Shown piece by piece: positions 24,001 through 34,993 of a DNA stretch of 64,000 nucleotides. The number at the start of each line of letters is the position of its first letter. Positions within the stretch are counted from its first letter, which is position 1. Source of the DNA: Bilabrum cf. latius (taxonomy: Eukaryota); contig OZ237757.1 of assembly GCA_965178125.1 (NCBI GenBank), positions 248,001 to 312,000 on the forward strand, read 5' to 3'. The notes under the pieces were generated by a model, which was given only the letters and a program-made list of their open reading frames with translations, was not told where the DNA came from and did no database searches. The position numbers and the translations under genes were made by a program.

Positions 24001-26866
24001 GCCGTGGCTCCAAAGGATTGGGATGCCATTTTGGCACTGTACGAGTCTATTCGGTCGTTGGACTAAGACCTCTCGGCACGATCCACCCCATGACCAGGCC
24101 CTCCGTCGAAGAAATCGTCTTCGCCCTCGCCCACGTTCCCAGCACCGTCACTGCTGACTGTTGCCTGTCGAGCTTCAGCGTTCTCTGCCCTTACTTGGAG
24201 CTTGTTCACCTTGCCCAGCAGCTGCATGCGGCCCAATGAATCGTGTTCATGCCCCCTCTGGCTGTTCGATTGGGCCAGGCGCGCCGCCCTCCCCCTCCTG
24301 CTGCCAACGTTGGCGATGACCGAGTCGAGAGGTACCGAGGTGACCTGTGTGGCTCGCTCTCGCCGAGTCATCGTGGCCTGAGCGAACCTTCGCGCCGCCT
24401 TCACCACATCGTCTGGGAGCTGCCGTGTCCACTCCATGGGGTCGCTCCGGAGAGGAACTTCCTCAGCCCAGAAGGTCTGCATGATTCCCTTGCCTTTAAT
24501 CCACATCTGCGGCCGAGGAACCAGCCGTATGCCGAGAAGTAGGGCGCACACCCTGTCAACCCAGGTGTACGCCGCTTTGACCACCCCATGCTGGGAGAGA
24601 TCCTCGTCCGGCGGGCATTTCGAGTGCACAGGGGGCCGTTCCATGGCTGCTGCATCCACCGCAACAAAGGTGCGGACACCGCCGTCGCCTCGACGACTCG
24701 TATTTCGGGGTGATCGGGCTTGCTCGCCCCTTCTCACCCCGCGCGATTGATGCTTGTTTTGGCGGCGGCTAGCCTTGGGAACAGAAGAATTGGAGGCATT
24801 GCTCGGCCCGGCAGTTCGACTGAAAGACTTGTGCTTTCCAGCCAGCGGGCGCAACGAGGTAGCCTTGCTCTCGCGCGGTACTGCCAGCCTCGAGAATCCC
24901 AGCACGTCTGTGTGTGGATTCATGGCACCAAGCACGGACGCCTGCTCCGTCACGCTGTCTGCTGCTCCTTTTCCGTCGAAGCCATTGGCAAAGGCCCGCG
25001 CCTTGGCCGTATCACCGCTCGACTTGTTCCAAATGTTCAGTCGGACGGGCTATTCTGGCACTGCACCGTAGGTATCATTACGCGTTGAGCTATCACTGGA
25101 TGCACCTGCTTGCAAAGCTACCGGCGCCCCTATACCGGCGCGCGGCACAGCGACGAAAGAGCGCATGCTTGGCTCTTCTGGAGCTAAGCTCGATTCGGTG
25201 GAGCGAAACACCGCTCGCCTAGGGTGCATCCGTTTGAAAGCAGCCGCAGCGTCCTCTTCGCTGGCGACCCTGCAAACATGCGAGAGGTTTTCCACCAGCG
25301 AAAAGTTGCCGGTTCGCATGCTGCGCACGGTTTTCATCGATAGCTGCATGGCATCTCCGGGGGTCGCCCCGCCCGATTCATTGCCTGCATCTGAAGCATC
25401 CAGCCCGTCTATGTCAACCCCGTTGACCCTGCACATGCTGCGCACCGCACTCAGCACCACGTCCCTTGCAGATTCGCTGACGTGGATGCGGCCTGGGAGC
25501 CCGTTGCTCTTCATCCTGGAGGCCGTGTTGACGGTGTCTCCAAACAGCTTCCATCGGGGCAGCAGCTGCCTGCCCAGGATCGCTTCGACTGCAGGGCCGG
25601 CGTTGATACCGATCTGCAACCGGATGTTCCGCAGCTGAGGGTGCCGGAGGGAGGCTCGCCTCAGGCTTTGCAGCATGTGGATGGCGGCAAATATGGTCGC
25701 AAGCACCGTGTTGATCGGATGCCTGCACAAGACCGGCAGACCCGACACGGCCATGTACTCGCTGCCGATCGTCTCGACCTTGAAGCACCCGTGTCTGGAG
25801 ACCGACGCGTCGAGAATCTTGAAGACCTCGGAGAGGGTGCGGAGGTTGCCCGGCTGCATGTTCTCGCCGAGCTTCACGCACCTCGCCTTGGGCGCCGCGG
25901 CCGCTCCCAGGTCCGAAGAGTCCTAGCTTCTACTTTCCTTGCAATCTTCGACACGGATGGGTTCCTCGGCCATGACCTCGCAGAAGAGCACAGAAGCCAT
26001 TTCAGCCGAGGACACGATTCGCTGGTTGGTCAGCAGCTCCGGGAGCAAGACTCGCGGAATCACACGCTATAAAAGCACCAGTTGTGTGTGAGACTCTGCC
26101 TCTACGAGAGCGAACAGGTTTCTGATCCGCTTTGAGGCCACGTCTTGTGACTGCTGCGCCAGGACAGCTAGCACGCAGAACCCGGCCACTAGGAGAAGAT
26201 CACCGAAGTAAACCGCGGTTATTGGACCGCCCACGCTTGATATAATGATGCAAACAACGACTGCACAGAGGGCAATGAGCATGCCCAGCTCCAGATTTCG
26301 GTGGGGCACCGCGAACGCGGCTGGAAACACGAAAATTACAGCCACGGCCAGCATCAGCGCGAAATTCCCCGGCTGCTGCTGCTACAGTGAGACTGTAACA
26401 GCAACTATAATAGCAGCCATAGAAAACCCCACGGACACTGCCAAATCGACCCACGATCGGTTCTTAAAGGTGACCTGCATGGGGAAGCCCGGGCGAGCAA
26501 CAATGGATGCATGGAGGTCCGGTGAAGCTAGTCCTACGAATAAACCTGCTGCATACTGCTCACCACATACGACAACCCTAAAATTCCAGATAGGACGCAT
26601 AGCTCTACTAAGCTAGTTATTACGGTGCGAACCAAAGGCCATTCCACCAGGCCAACGAACCGTGCAACGGCGTTGCCTACCCACAGGAGCAATCCTGCGC
26701 ATGCAAACATGATTCTTCTTCGACGAATTCGAAGGAATGTTTCTTGTTCCAGCTGCCCCTGACCTTTTTTCGCAATATCTTGTGCCTTTTGCTGCTGTGC
26801 TGCTATCTCGTCGAAGAGGTCTCGAGTTACCTCTTCCCTGCCGCGGGCATTCTTTGTACCTTTCAT
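21075..26866 (-). CDS. Membrane class III nucleotidyl cyclase with two TM clusters and two cyclase domains (probably guanylyl cyclase), ~1900 aa; exact start and end uncertain
   Basis: After intron 26475-26563 a single frame runs through 13 TAG to TAA at 21075. Domain 1: KVETIGSEYM...LFGDTVNTASRM...KGKGIMQTFW. Domain 2: FDLVGFT...KVETIGDAF...RIGVHCGPVMAGVIG. Hydrophobic clusters at ~26100-26700 and ~22340-23020. Confidence 0.85.
26475..26563 (-). other. Spliceosomal intron (89 nt, phase 0)
   Basis: GTGAGC donor and ATGCAG acceptor on the minus strand; removal joins GLSYV to VTFKNRSW and explains the frame change. Confidence 0.7.
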
Positions 26867-27030
26867 CTACAGGTGGAAATGGCTTGTGCAAGATATCCTC
26901 CTTTGCGGGTTGCGATCGCGCTATTTGACTGGTGTGTGCACTGGCGCTCTGCTCCGGAGTTGATGGTTTTAATCTTCTTCTTGAAAGTTCAACACGCTAC
27001 AAAGGACCTCTTGCAAACCCCCCGCCCTAA

Positions 27031-27741
27031 TCAGTCATTTCGCGCACGTTTCGCAGGCCTGGTGTCAGCACTCTACTGAGAAACCTTAACCACTGCATGC
27101 TCCGCGTTCACGACATTCCTGAAGTTCGCGGGACTAAGTGAAATTGACGGCATCACACCATCCTCATCTCGATCATCATCCTTTAGCTCAGACAGACTGG
27201 ACAGTTCTTCCGAGAACCGTCTTCGCTTACTTGCCTTCGGTCGCTTCCACTCACCAGCTTCGGCACCATCCTCGCTCTGCTGGCTCGTATCGTCGTCCGA
27301 CAGATCTGAAGCTTCTGTCTGGCTGTCGCTCTCTCCCTCGGGAGCATCGAGCGAGACCCCATCCACATCCTCGGAATCTACCCCCTTACCATTGCGCGGG
27401 TACCGCAGCCCCGCAGCCGACGCGCTGACCCTGCGTCTTTTGAAGTCCTGCACATGACTCCAGTCGTCTTCCGAGTCGTCGCTGTCTGCGAATTCCAGAT
27501 GGCAGGCCTTGATGTCATGTTCTAATTCAACAAGAGTTGATGGTTGCAACCGGTCAGCGCACGACCCGCAGGCATTCCGACCGCCGACAATGCACTGCTT
27601 TGCGAGTTGATTTGGCTTCCCACGGTGGGGAAGTATCCCTACTATGGGCTGCCAGTGCCCAGACGCGGGCTTGCTCGCCATCAACGGAGAGGTGTGGCTC
27701 AGCGCCGAGCGGGAGGGCAGACTGTGGTCGGCCTGCGTCAT
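27031..27741 (-). CDS. Hypothetical acidic/basic low-complexity protein, ~236 aa
   Basis: ORF 27073..27741 extended through TAG at 27073 to TGA at 27031. D/E/S-rich with KRRR-type clusters; no family recognised. Could alternatively be a 5' exon of the cyclase gene. Confidence 0.45.
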
Positions 27742-27873
27742 GCAGGCCCTTGCTGGGTTCAGGCAAAAGCAACCAGGCGAACGGGCGTGCGGCTAAGGCT
27801 GTGTAGGGCTCTGCCTAATGATAAGCAAAGCTAAGCAGATAGATTTGTGATTCGGCTGCAGCAACAAGTATCA

Positions 27874-28386
27874 TCATCTTAACAGCAAGAAGTAAATCAA
27901 CAAAAACCCGACAACCATGATGCCCACCACGCAACACAAGTTGCTTCCACTGCCCGCACCGCCTCCAGCAACCCTATCAAGGGCTCGCATCGTGCCATTG
28001 AGCAATCCTTTCGCGGTATCGGCACCTTGCCCGAGCGAGTTGAGCAGGGTGTCCTAGCCCGAGACAGTGTCTCTAACTCCAACAACTGTGCTGTGCAGCG
28101 CACCTACTTGGTTATGTAGCGCAGCCAACTATCTGTCATTGTCCTTCTCGATCAAATCCGCTGCCCCGCTCTGAGAAACACGCGGCGCACCTGCACCGCC
28201 GGACCCAGGCGCACTCCGTCGCTGCGAGACCGGGCAAGGCAGCGCGCTATCTTTAATGGTAGAATATATATGCACGCTTTCTGAACACCATCCTTTAAAT
28301 TTATAGTCCGCAAGAGTATTAAAACTTACTGATGCCGCCCCAACCTTTCCGAATAGTTCTGTTCTTGCGGTAAATCTCCCACTCAT
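27874..28386 (-). CDS. BET1: Bet1-like Qc-SNARE, ~134 aa (exons 28330-28386, 27874-28221)
   Basis: DLIEKDNDR*LAALHNQVGALHSTVVGVRDTVSG*DTLLNSLGQGADTAKGLLNGTMRALDRV followed by a C-terminal TM (VVGIMVVGFLLIYFLLLR) and TGA TGA. TAG at 28129 and 28054. Largely absent from the ORF track. Confidence 0.82.
28222..28329 (-). other. Probable spliceosomal intron (108 nt, in-frame, no stop)
   Basis: GTAAGT donor, AT-rich body, TCGCAG acceptor; removal gives a normal Bet1 length. Confidence 0.65.
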
Positions 28387-28589
28387 GGGTTAATAATGCA
28401 GGTCACAAATAAGCGATAGATATCAAAAATTCAATTCGCAAAGATGGTGAGCCGAAACCAGCTATGTCTCCCTAGCTTTGGACGGACAGCTGGGCTGGCA
28501 GCAACCAGGTTCCGTAAAACGGCTTGCTGTGCGCGCGGCGCCAGACCAAGGCTGCGTACCGTTGATATGTTGTTACAAGCAGGTGCAAC

Positions 28590-30992
28590 ATGAGCGAGTC
28601 TTCCAAAATTATAGACGCGCTTGAGCGTGCAACCAAAAAATCGACTCCAGGCGATGACAATGAAGCTTCGCGTCGGCTTCCGGGGATGCCTCGGCGCGTT
28701 CCAGCCGGGGCCAGTGGCGAGTTGCAGTTGAGCGATTTTGAGATTGGGCGCCCCTTGGGTCGAGGCAGGTTTGGCAACGTTTTTCAAGCCGTGCACATAC
28801 AGTCTGGTAAGCATGTAGCACTAAAAGTGGCGGTCAAGAAGTCTGTTGCAGCTGCTGGAGGATTTCCAATGCTTCGAAGAGAGGTGGAGATCCACAGTCG
28901 CTTGCATCATCGCAATGTGTTGCCGATGCTGGGGTACTTTCATGATTCCACCCGAGCTTTTATCGTCCTCGAGCTGGCGAAAGGTGGCGACCTGCACGGC
29001 TGCATGCAGACGAGCGGGGTACCATCCGAAGACGGCTGGCAGCACGCGCACCTTCCAGAGAGCAGAGCGAGGGCCGTCGCAGCCGCGCTCGCAGGGGCAC
29101 TGCGTCATCTGGGCCGCTGCCACGTGATTCACAGAGACATCAAGCCAGAGAACGTTCTCTTCATGGATGCCGCCCGCACCCAGCCCGCGCTTGCAGACTT
29201 TGGCTGGGCGGCGCACGTCCCGGCCCCTCGAAGCCGACGGAGCACCATCTGCGGGACGATCGATTTCCTACCCCCCGAGATGGTGCAGGGCGAGCTGCAA
29301 GAAGACCAAGCGCGGTAGCTCAGTGACGACACGAGTTCCCTAGGAGGAGGAGGAGGAGGAGGAGGAGGAGGAGGAGGAGGAGGAGGAAGAGGAAGGGGTA
29401 GAGGGAGCGGGCGGGGCGGGCGAGGGCCAGCGCACGGCGATGGCGATGGCGATGGCGAACTGGAACGGGGAATTGCAAGGGGGAGGGCCGTTGGAGGTAC
29501 CAGGAGCAGGCCACTGAGCCGAGGCACCGCTGGATCCTCCCGGGCTAGGAGCCGCCCCTCATCTTCCTCCTCCTCATCTTCCTCTGCAGGGGTAGGAGCA
29601 CGACGGGCGCAGGGGGGCGGCAATGGCAATGCTACGAGGACCGGCCACGGGGCGATATCAAGCTCGGGCGCAGGGCTGAAATCTGGTACGGGCCTTCGCA
29701 GGCCGGGACCAGGCCTGCAGTCCATAGCCAGCAGTGGTCCATCCAGGAGCCGCACCAGCAGCGGGGCTTCAGCCACACAGTCCAGGATCCCATCCTTGTC
29801 TTCATCTTCGGCGGTCAAGATCGGGGATGGGTGCAAGAGGAAGCATGGCGCAGTGGAGAGGGGATCTGAGGCGGAGGCTTTTGAGGCCGGGGCTGGGGCT
29901 GGGGCCGGGGCTGGGGCAGGGGCAGGGGCAGGGCCTCGTCGGGTGCTGGCGTCGCGCTGTGGGAGCGGGGAGGATCATGGGGTGACGTCATCCACGTCAT
30001 ACGTATCGGATGGGTCACGATCAGGCCCCGATGAGGCCGGATTGTACGGGGGAGAGGTGGATGCCTGGGCCCTCGGCGCCACCGTGTACGAGATGCTCGT
30101 GGGCTTCCCTCCATTCTCGGACTTGGCTGCCGCGGTGCTCGGGTGCGAGGGAGAATAGAAAAAAGGCAGTGAGCCGCCAGTAACATCATCTAACGTCGCA
30201 TCAGTGGGAAAGAAGGCACCCGCAAAGGGCAGCAACCGTGGAGGAAAGGCTAGGACCGGTAGGCCGGGCCAGTGTAAGCCAGCACCAGCCGTGCCCGTGC
30301 TGGCAACCCTCCGTCGCATTTGTGGGGCTAGAGTTGTGTTCCCTGGGGAACAACCAGGAACAGAGGAGCAGAAAGACCCGGCAGGCGATGTTCGCTTCCC
30401 GCGCATATCGGAGCACGCCAAGGACTTCGTGAGGCATCTACTCCGATCGGATCCAGCGGAGCGCATGACTGCCTCAGGTGCGTGCGAGCACCCGTGGGTG
30501 AAGGAACTGGTGGTTGCCGCAGAATAGACAGAGCCGGCTGGCACGGAGCAGGGCAAGAGCCTGGGCCGGGGCCAGTCCCTTGCCTCTGCTCCACCTCGCG
30601 AGGGAGATTGCAAGGGCACACATGGGGGCAGTAGAGGTGATGGTGTGACGAGTGCGCGTCGCGCGGCCAGAGGCACCGTTTCGGCAAAGCAGAAGCAGCC
30701 GGCTGCCGTGGCAGCATCCGTGCCGCCCGAGTCAGATGGAGGCTCTGCCGTCGCTGCCAGTGGCTGCCAGAAACCGCATGGGCGCGAGCCCGAGCCTAGT
30801 AGATCTAGCGGAGCCGCGTATGCGCCCGAACGACTGAAGGTGTCGCGCACGTGTAGGGGCGATCTAGCCGGAAAGAAGCAGCACAGGCCTGTTGCAACAG
30901 CCAAGCCGAAGCCGAAGCCGAAGCCGGAGCCGCTGACCACATCGAAGTCCGGGGAGGAGGACCAGGAGGATTGGCGGAAATTCTTGCTGTGA
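28590..30992 (+). CDS. Aurora-like Ser/Thr kinase with large low-complexity inserts, ~800 aa
   Basis: FEIGRPLGRGRFGNV, VALKV, REVEIHSRLHH, HRDIKPEN, DFGWAAH, RRSTICGTIDFLPPEMV, then VDAWALGATVYEMLVGFPPF and AKDFVRHLL..DPAERM..EHPWV in the same frame via TAG at 29316, 30156 and 30525; ends TGA. Confidence 0.88.
29343..29387 (+). repeat. (GGA)15 microsatellite encoding poly-Gly in the kinase insert
   Basis: Read directly from sequence. Confidence 0.95.
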
Positions 30993-31391
30993 TGGTGGGG
31001 GGGGTGCTGGTATGCCCACGATGACAAGCAGATCCCAAGTTCTGTTTTTCGCACTCCGAATCCTATTCGGAGCCACTCGACCGATTGTTCGCAAAACTGG
31101 CTTGCCATCACAACAACAATCACAGAAAGTAAGAGAGGGCATCTTTAGAAATACTGTCGACGAATATGATTCATAAAGACTTTAAGGTTATGCTTTGAGC
31201 TTACAATGGCGATCGATTCGGTACTAATGGTGCAACTTACCCAGTCGATTCGAGTGTTCCGAATGCGTACGTCAAGGCCCACCAAGGCAGTCGCACCCCA
31301 GCATGCTTCCATGCAACGCCGATGCATCCCGACCATGATTTCCCAATTACATCACATGATGCAATCCCTTCCCACACAATCGCAGCCAAAG

Positions 31392-31691
31392 ATGTCATCC
31401 ACAGGAGATTCGAGCAAAGCGCAGGAGCACGCCGACGGAGCCATGGAATCCGCCTCCAAGGCAGCCGAGCAGGCAGGGAGCGCCGCCAGCCAGGCGGCCT
31501 CAGACGCCATGGACGCCGGCAAGCAGACCACGGACGACGCGAGGGAGAGCGCCGCGGATGCGATGGCTCCCGAGGGCAAGGAGGTGCGCAGCGAGGGGCT
31601 GGCGGGGGCGGCGCAGCAGGCGGGTGAGGCGGTGAGCTCGATGCTGGACATGGGCGGGGACGGGAAGAAGGAGGGGGGAGACGGGAAGTAA
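31392..31691 (+). CDS. Small hydrophilic LEA-like protein, 99 aa
   Basis: A/S/D/E/K/G-rich with no aromatic residues or Cys; 11-mer periodicity AMESASKAAEQ/AGSAASQAASD/AMDAGKQTTDD/ARESAADAMAP; strong GC3; ends TAA. Confidence 0.7.
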   Translation: MSSTGDSSKAQEHADGAMESASKAAEQAGSAASQAASDAMDAGKQTTDDARESAADAMAPEGKEVRSEGLAGAAQQAGEAVSSMLDMGGDGKKEGGDGK

Positions 31692-31822
31692 AATGATTGA
31701 TTCGCTGTACTGTTCACCCTAAGATGAAGTTTGATCAATCTTGCTGATTTTGGAGTAGATGAAGATAATAATGTGAATCCACAGAGCATGCACCACTTCC
31801 TTGCGTCTCCAGCGAGCCTCAT

Positions 31823-34771
31823 ATGGGAAGATAGCGTCCGAATTCGTGGAGAAGATGGATTCGACTGCATGTTTGCAAGCGCGGTAAAGCTCTTCAGGTG
31901 GCTGCCGCTGCTCTCGGTTGCTTTCTGATTGTTGCGCTTGTATTGTCCGTGCTAATCCCTGCTAATCGAGATTCCTTGTCGTTCGGAACACGCGTTGGAG
32001 CAGATGGATTGATGTAGAAAGTCATCCATGACCAGAAAACAGAAATTGATATCGATGGGAGGCCTTTAGGGGAATCGAGTATGCCATAGCAGCGGGCAGC
32101 ATATCTTGGAGCTGTTTCGATGGTCTTGCTAGATTCAGTATCGGCAAATACAAAGCAATCTGAGGAATATACGGTTGCGTTTCTTAGCGAGACTGAATCG
32201 GTGAATGATGTGCAGGCAACTCTGAAAGAGTGGATGTCGGCGAGACCGGCCACAGATCTTGACCTTCTTCTAGCAGTCACCAGTCGTTGCTCCTACGGGC
32301 ATAAGTATCCTTCAAAAAGATTGACGAGCTTGTTTGCATCCTTTATTGATGGAATGTGCCCGCCTCCATTGCCTGTTGGCGGCGCTAGCACGGGAGCAGG
32401 CACGTTGCAACAAACGGTGCAGCCTTGTGTGATGCGCTAGCCGGATACAGCTTGGCTCAATCGCGACTTGCATTTGCGAGCCAGCGGATTACTCAAACAG
32501 GGATCATTCTTGGCACAGTCCCTTGCGCTCCGGGCCACCGAGTGCGCATTGCGCGGCATCCAGTTAAGCGAATCGATTCAGCCCGCGGAGGCCCGGACCC
32601 TTACGGCCACGATTGGAAGCGCCCAGGCTGCTCTGCAGCTGGCGCTGAACAAGCGCGCTGGAGGAGTCCTAGGAAGAATCGCAAACCTATGGACTGACGC
32701 GGTGGCTGGGCCCGGATCGGCCGTGCCAGCAATTCCCACCGACATCGAACCTGCGGTCGCCGCTGCACTTCAGGGGACGGGGTTGCTTCAGGCCGCGTGC
32801 GTGCTTCCCGAGTCGGAATTCGATCGCTTGATCCAAGGAAGTGAGACGGGTCCTACCAGACCGGCACAGCTCGCTGCTCTCCTCGATTGGGTAACGGTGG
32901 TCCTTGCTTCGCCGTACGGCCTGGCGCGGCCAGCGGAGCTTGGTGGCATGCTGAAGCAGTACCGCCCCGAGTCTGTGGCTTGGACCCAGGGGGCCAGAGA
33001 TCCTGATGTGGTAGGGATTGCTAGAGCCTACCGCGTGCTAAGTGGGGAACAGGGTGCTGCGGCAGCGCGCGGTGGCGGTGGCACGATTGCCACGGTGGAC
33101 GTGATGGAGCAGGCTCTGGTGGCATGCGGCGCAGCTAGGCTGGCTCCAGTCGTCGGTGTCAGGGCAGGCAGGCTCGTCACACTGTTGCAGGGAGTGCTCC
33201 GTGGCCTGGAGCGAGCGGGTGTGACGAGGGTGGGCGGTAAGGTGGTGGGTGCACCGTGGCAGGCTGCAGGCACCGGCAATCCGTCTGGGCTGCGCGGGGG
33301 CTCTGGCATGGGGAGCGGGGCTGCGGGTGCCAAGCAGCTTGGGCTAGCCAGGATGCTGCCCGTGGCACTGAATGCAGGGGGTGCTGCAGCAGCACCTACC
33401 ACCGCAGGCGCTGGTACCGATGGCAGCTTTGCGGGCCAGCTCCGGGTTCTGGCCTCGGGCGGGTTTATACGCTGTAGAGGCTGGCTCACACTGCAAGCGG
33501 ACAGCGCCAGCGAGCCTCTGCCAGTCGTTTGCCCTGCCAGTCCGATGGCAAGCGGCACCCTGCTGCCCATCTTGTCCTCGCAACAAGCGGGTGTCCGTCG
33601 CAGCCCAGAAATCGCAGCTCTTGACTCGCAGGCGGCCGATGCGATCGCGACATCCGTCATGGTGCTCGTCCTGCAGGCAGCGGACGCCACGGCCCGTCTG
33701 CACGCCGGTGACCTCGCCCGCCCCGGTGCCACGCTGCGGCACGCGGCACCGTTATCAAGGCAGCCGGCTGCGGCGCAACCGCTCCTCGAGGCACCCGATG
33801 CGCAGACGCTGGCCGCGTTCCGTGGGTCGAGTTCAGCGGCTGCCGCCGCAGCATCACCCGGGGATGTCCCTGAGGGCACCGCACCCAATTAGGCCAGTCA
33901 GCCCGCCCGTACAGGCGGTCAAGCTCGTCTGCCTCCTGCCAATACCCCCCAAGATCCTGCCAATGCCCCCCAGGATCCTGCCAAGATGGCGGGCTAGAAG
34001 CGAGCTGCCCTGCAGAGGACGTGCCCCAGCTGGGAAGAAGGCAGTGCCCAGCCACTCGGCGCCTCTCCGCTGCAGGGAGAGCGCTCCCATGCCTAGTTCT
34101 ACCGGGATGCGGTGCGGCTGGGCACGCCTTTGGCGGCTGCCAGCGAGCACATGGCCATGTGCTGCGCCATTCTTGATGCGCAGCTGGCCGCCTTGGCTCC
34201 TGCCGGGCAGGGCACCGCAATTGGGTCGGATCTGTCGGCGACGTTTCAGTGCGGGGGCGTCACCCCTGGGAAGGTCGGTCCTTCGATCGGGTGCGATCGG
34301 ATCAATGACGGACACTGCGACTGCCCTGACGGATCTGACGAGCCGGGCACGGGGGCGTGCTACTCGACCGGGTCCGTGCTCGCAGAATCGAGGCGGTCTT
34401 CCGGCAAAGCCAGGAGGTTCTACTGCACCGCTGGGATGCAGCGGGTGCTGGCGCCGGAGCCTTCCCGCCGGCAGCAGCTGCAGAGGAAGAGCAACCGCTG
34501 GTCGATGTCGAAAGACCGAGGTAGGGCAGCCGATGCTGACCGGGAGCTGGAGGAGGGCTACCTGCACGGCAGCAAGGTGGGTGACGGTGTGTGCGACTGC
34601 TGCGATGGCGCAGACGAGTGGATCGCGCAGCAGCAGATGCAGCAGGCGCAGTCGGCTGGTGGTAGTGGTGGGGTGCCCACAAGGCAGCTGGGATCTGCGG
34701 AGCAGTGCACGCGCTGGGCAGTCCCTGCAGGTAGCGATTAGAAGTCCACGTGTTAGAGAAATGCTGCGTGA
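31823..34771 (+). CDS. Type II membrane protein with C-terminal glucosidase II beta (PRKCSH-like) Cys-rich domain, ~982 aa
   Basis: ATG 31823, N-terminal anchor AAAALGCFLIVALVLSVLIP, one frame through 9 TAG. C-terminal DRINDGHCDCPDGSDEPGTGAC...SKVGDGVCDCCDGADE; ends TGA. Confidence 0.72.
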
Positions 34772-34884
34772 ACCGCAAGATGACGAAAAATTCAGACAAC
34801 TGCTAGTCTGTCCAGCACTGCGCGAGAGCTGATTGACACACCTCTCGAACATTCTTGCCGTCGTCAAGCAGCTGTCATTCTGCG

Positions 34885-34988
34885 CCACCCACCCACCTAC
34901 ACCTTGCCCCTGCCCATCCATCCACTCCTCGCCCCTGCCCACCCACCCATCCACTCCTCGCCCCTGCCCATCCATCCACTCCTCGCCC
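34885..34988. repeat. Short minisatellite, ~3.5 copies of a 25-29 bp unit GCCCCTGCCCA(T/C)CCA(CCCA)TCCACTCCTC
   Basis: Units at 34906-34930, 34931-34959 and 34960-34984 plus a degenerate upstream copy; lies between two convergent stop codons. Confidence 0.85.
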
Positions 34989-34993
34989 AGTTC

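Noticed and set aside
29129-29836. Poly-proline (formin/extensin-like) ORFs at 29129..29836 and 63234..63593
   Set aside because: They are the antisense reading of poly-Gly tracts in the kinase and fibrocystin-L-like genes.
34885-34988. CRISPR-like array
   Set aside because: Units are adjacent with no unique spacers, the context is eukaryotic, and there are no cas genes.
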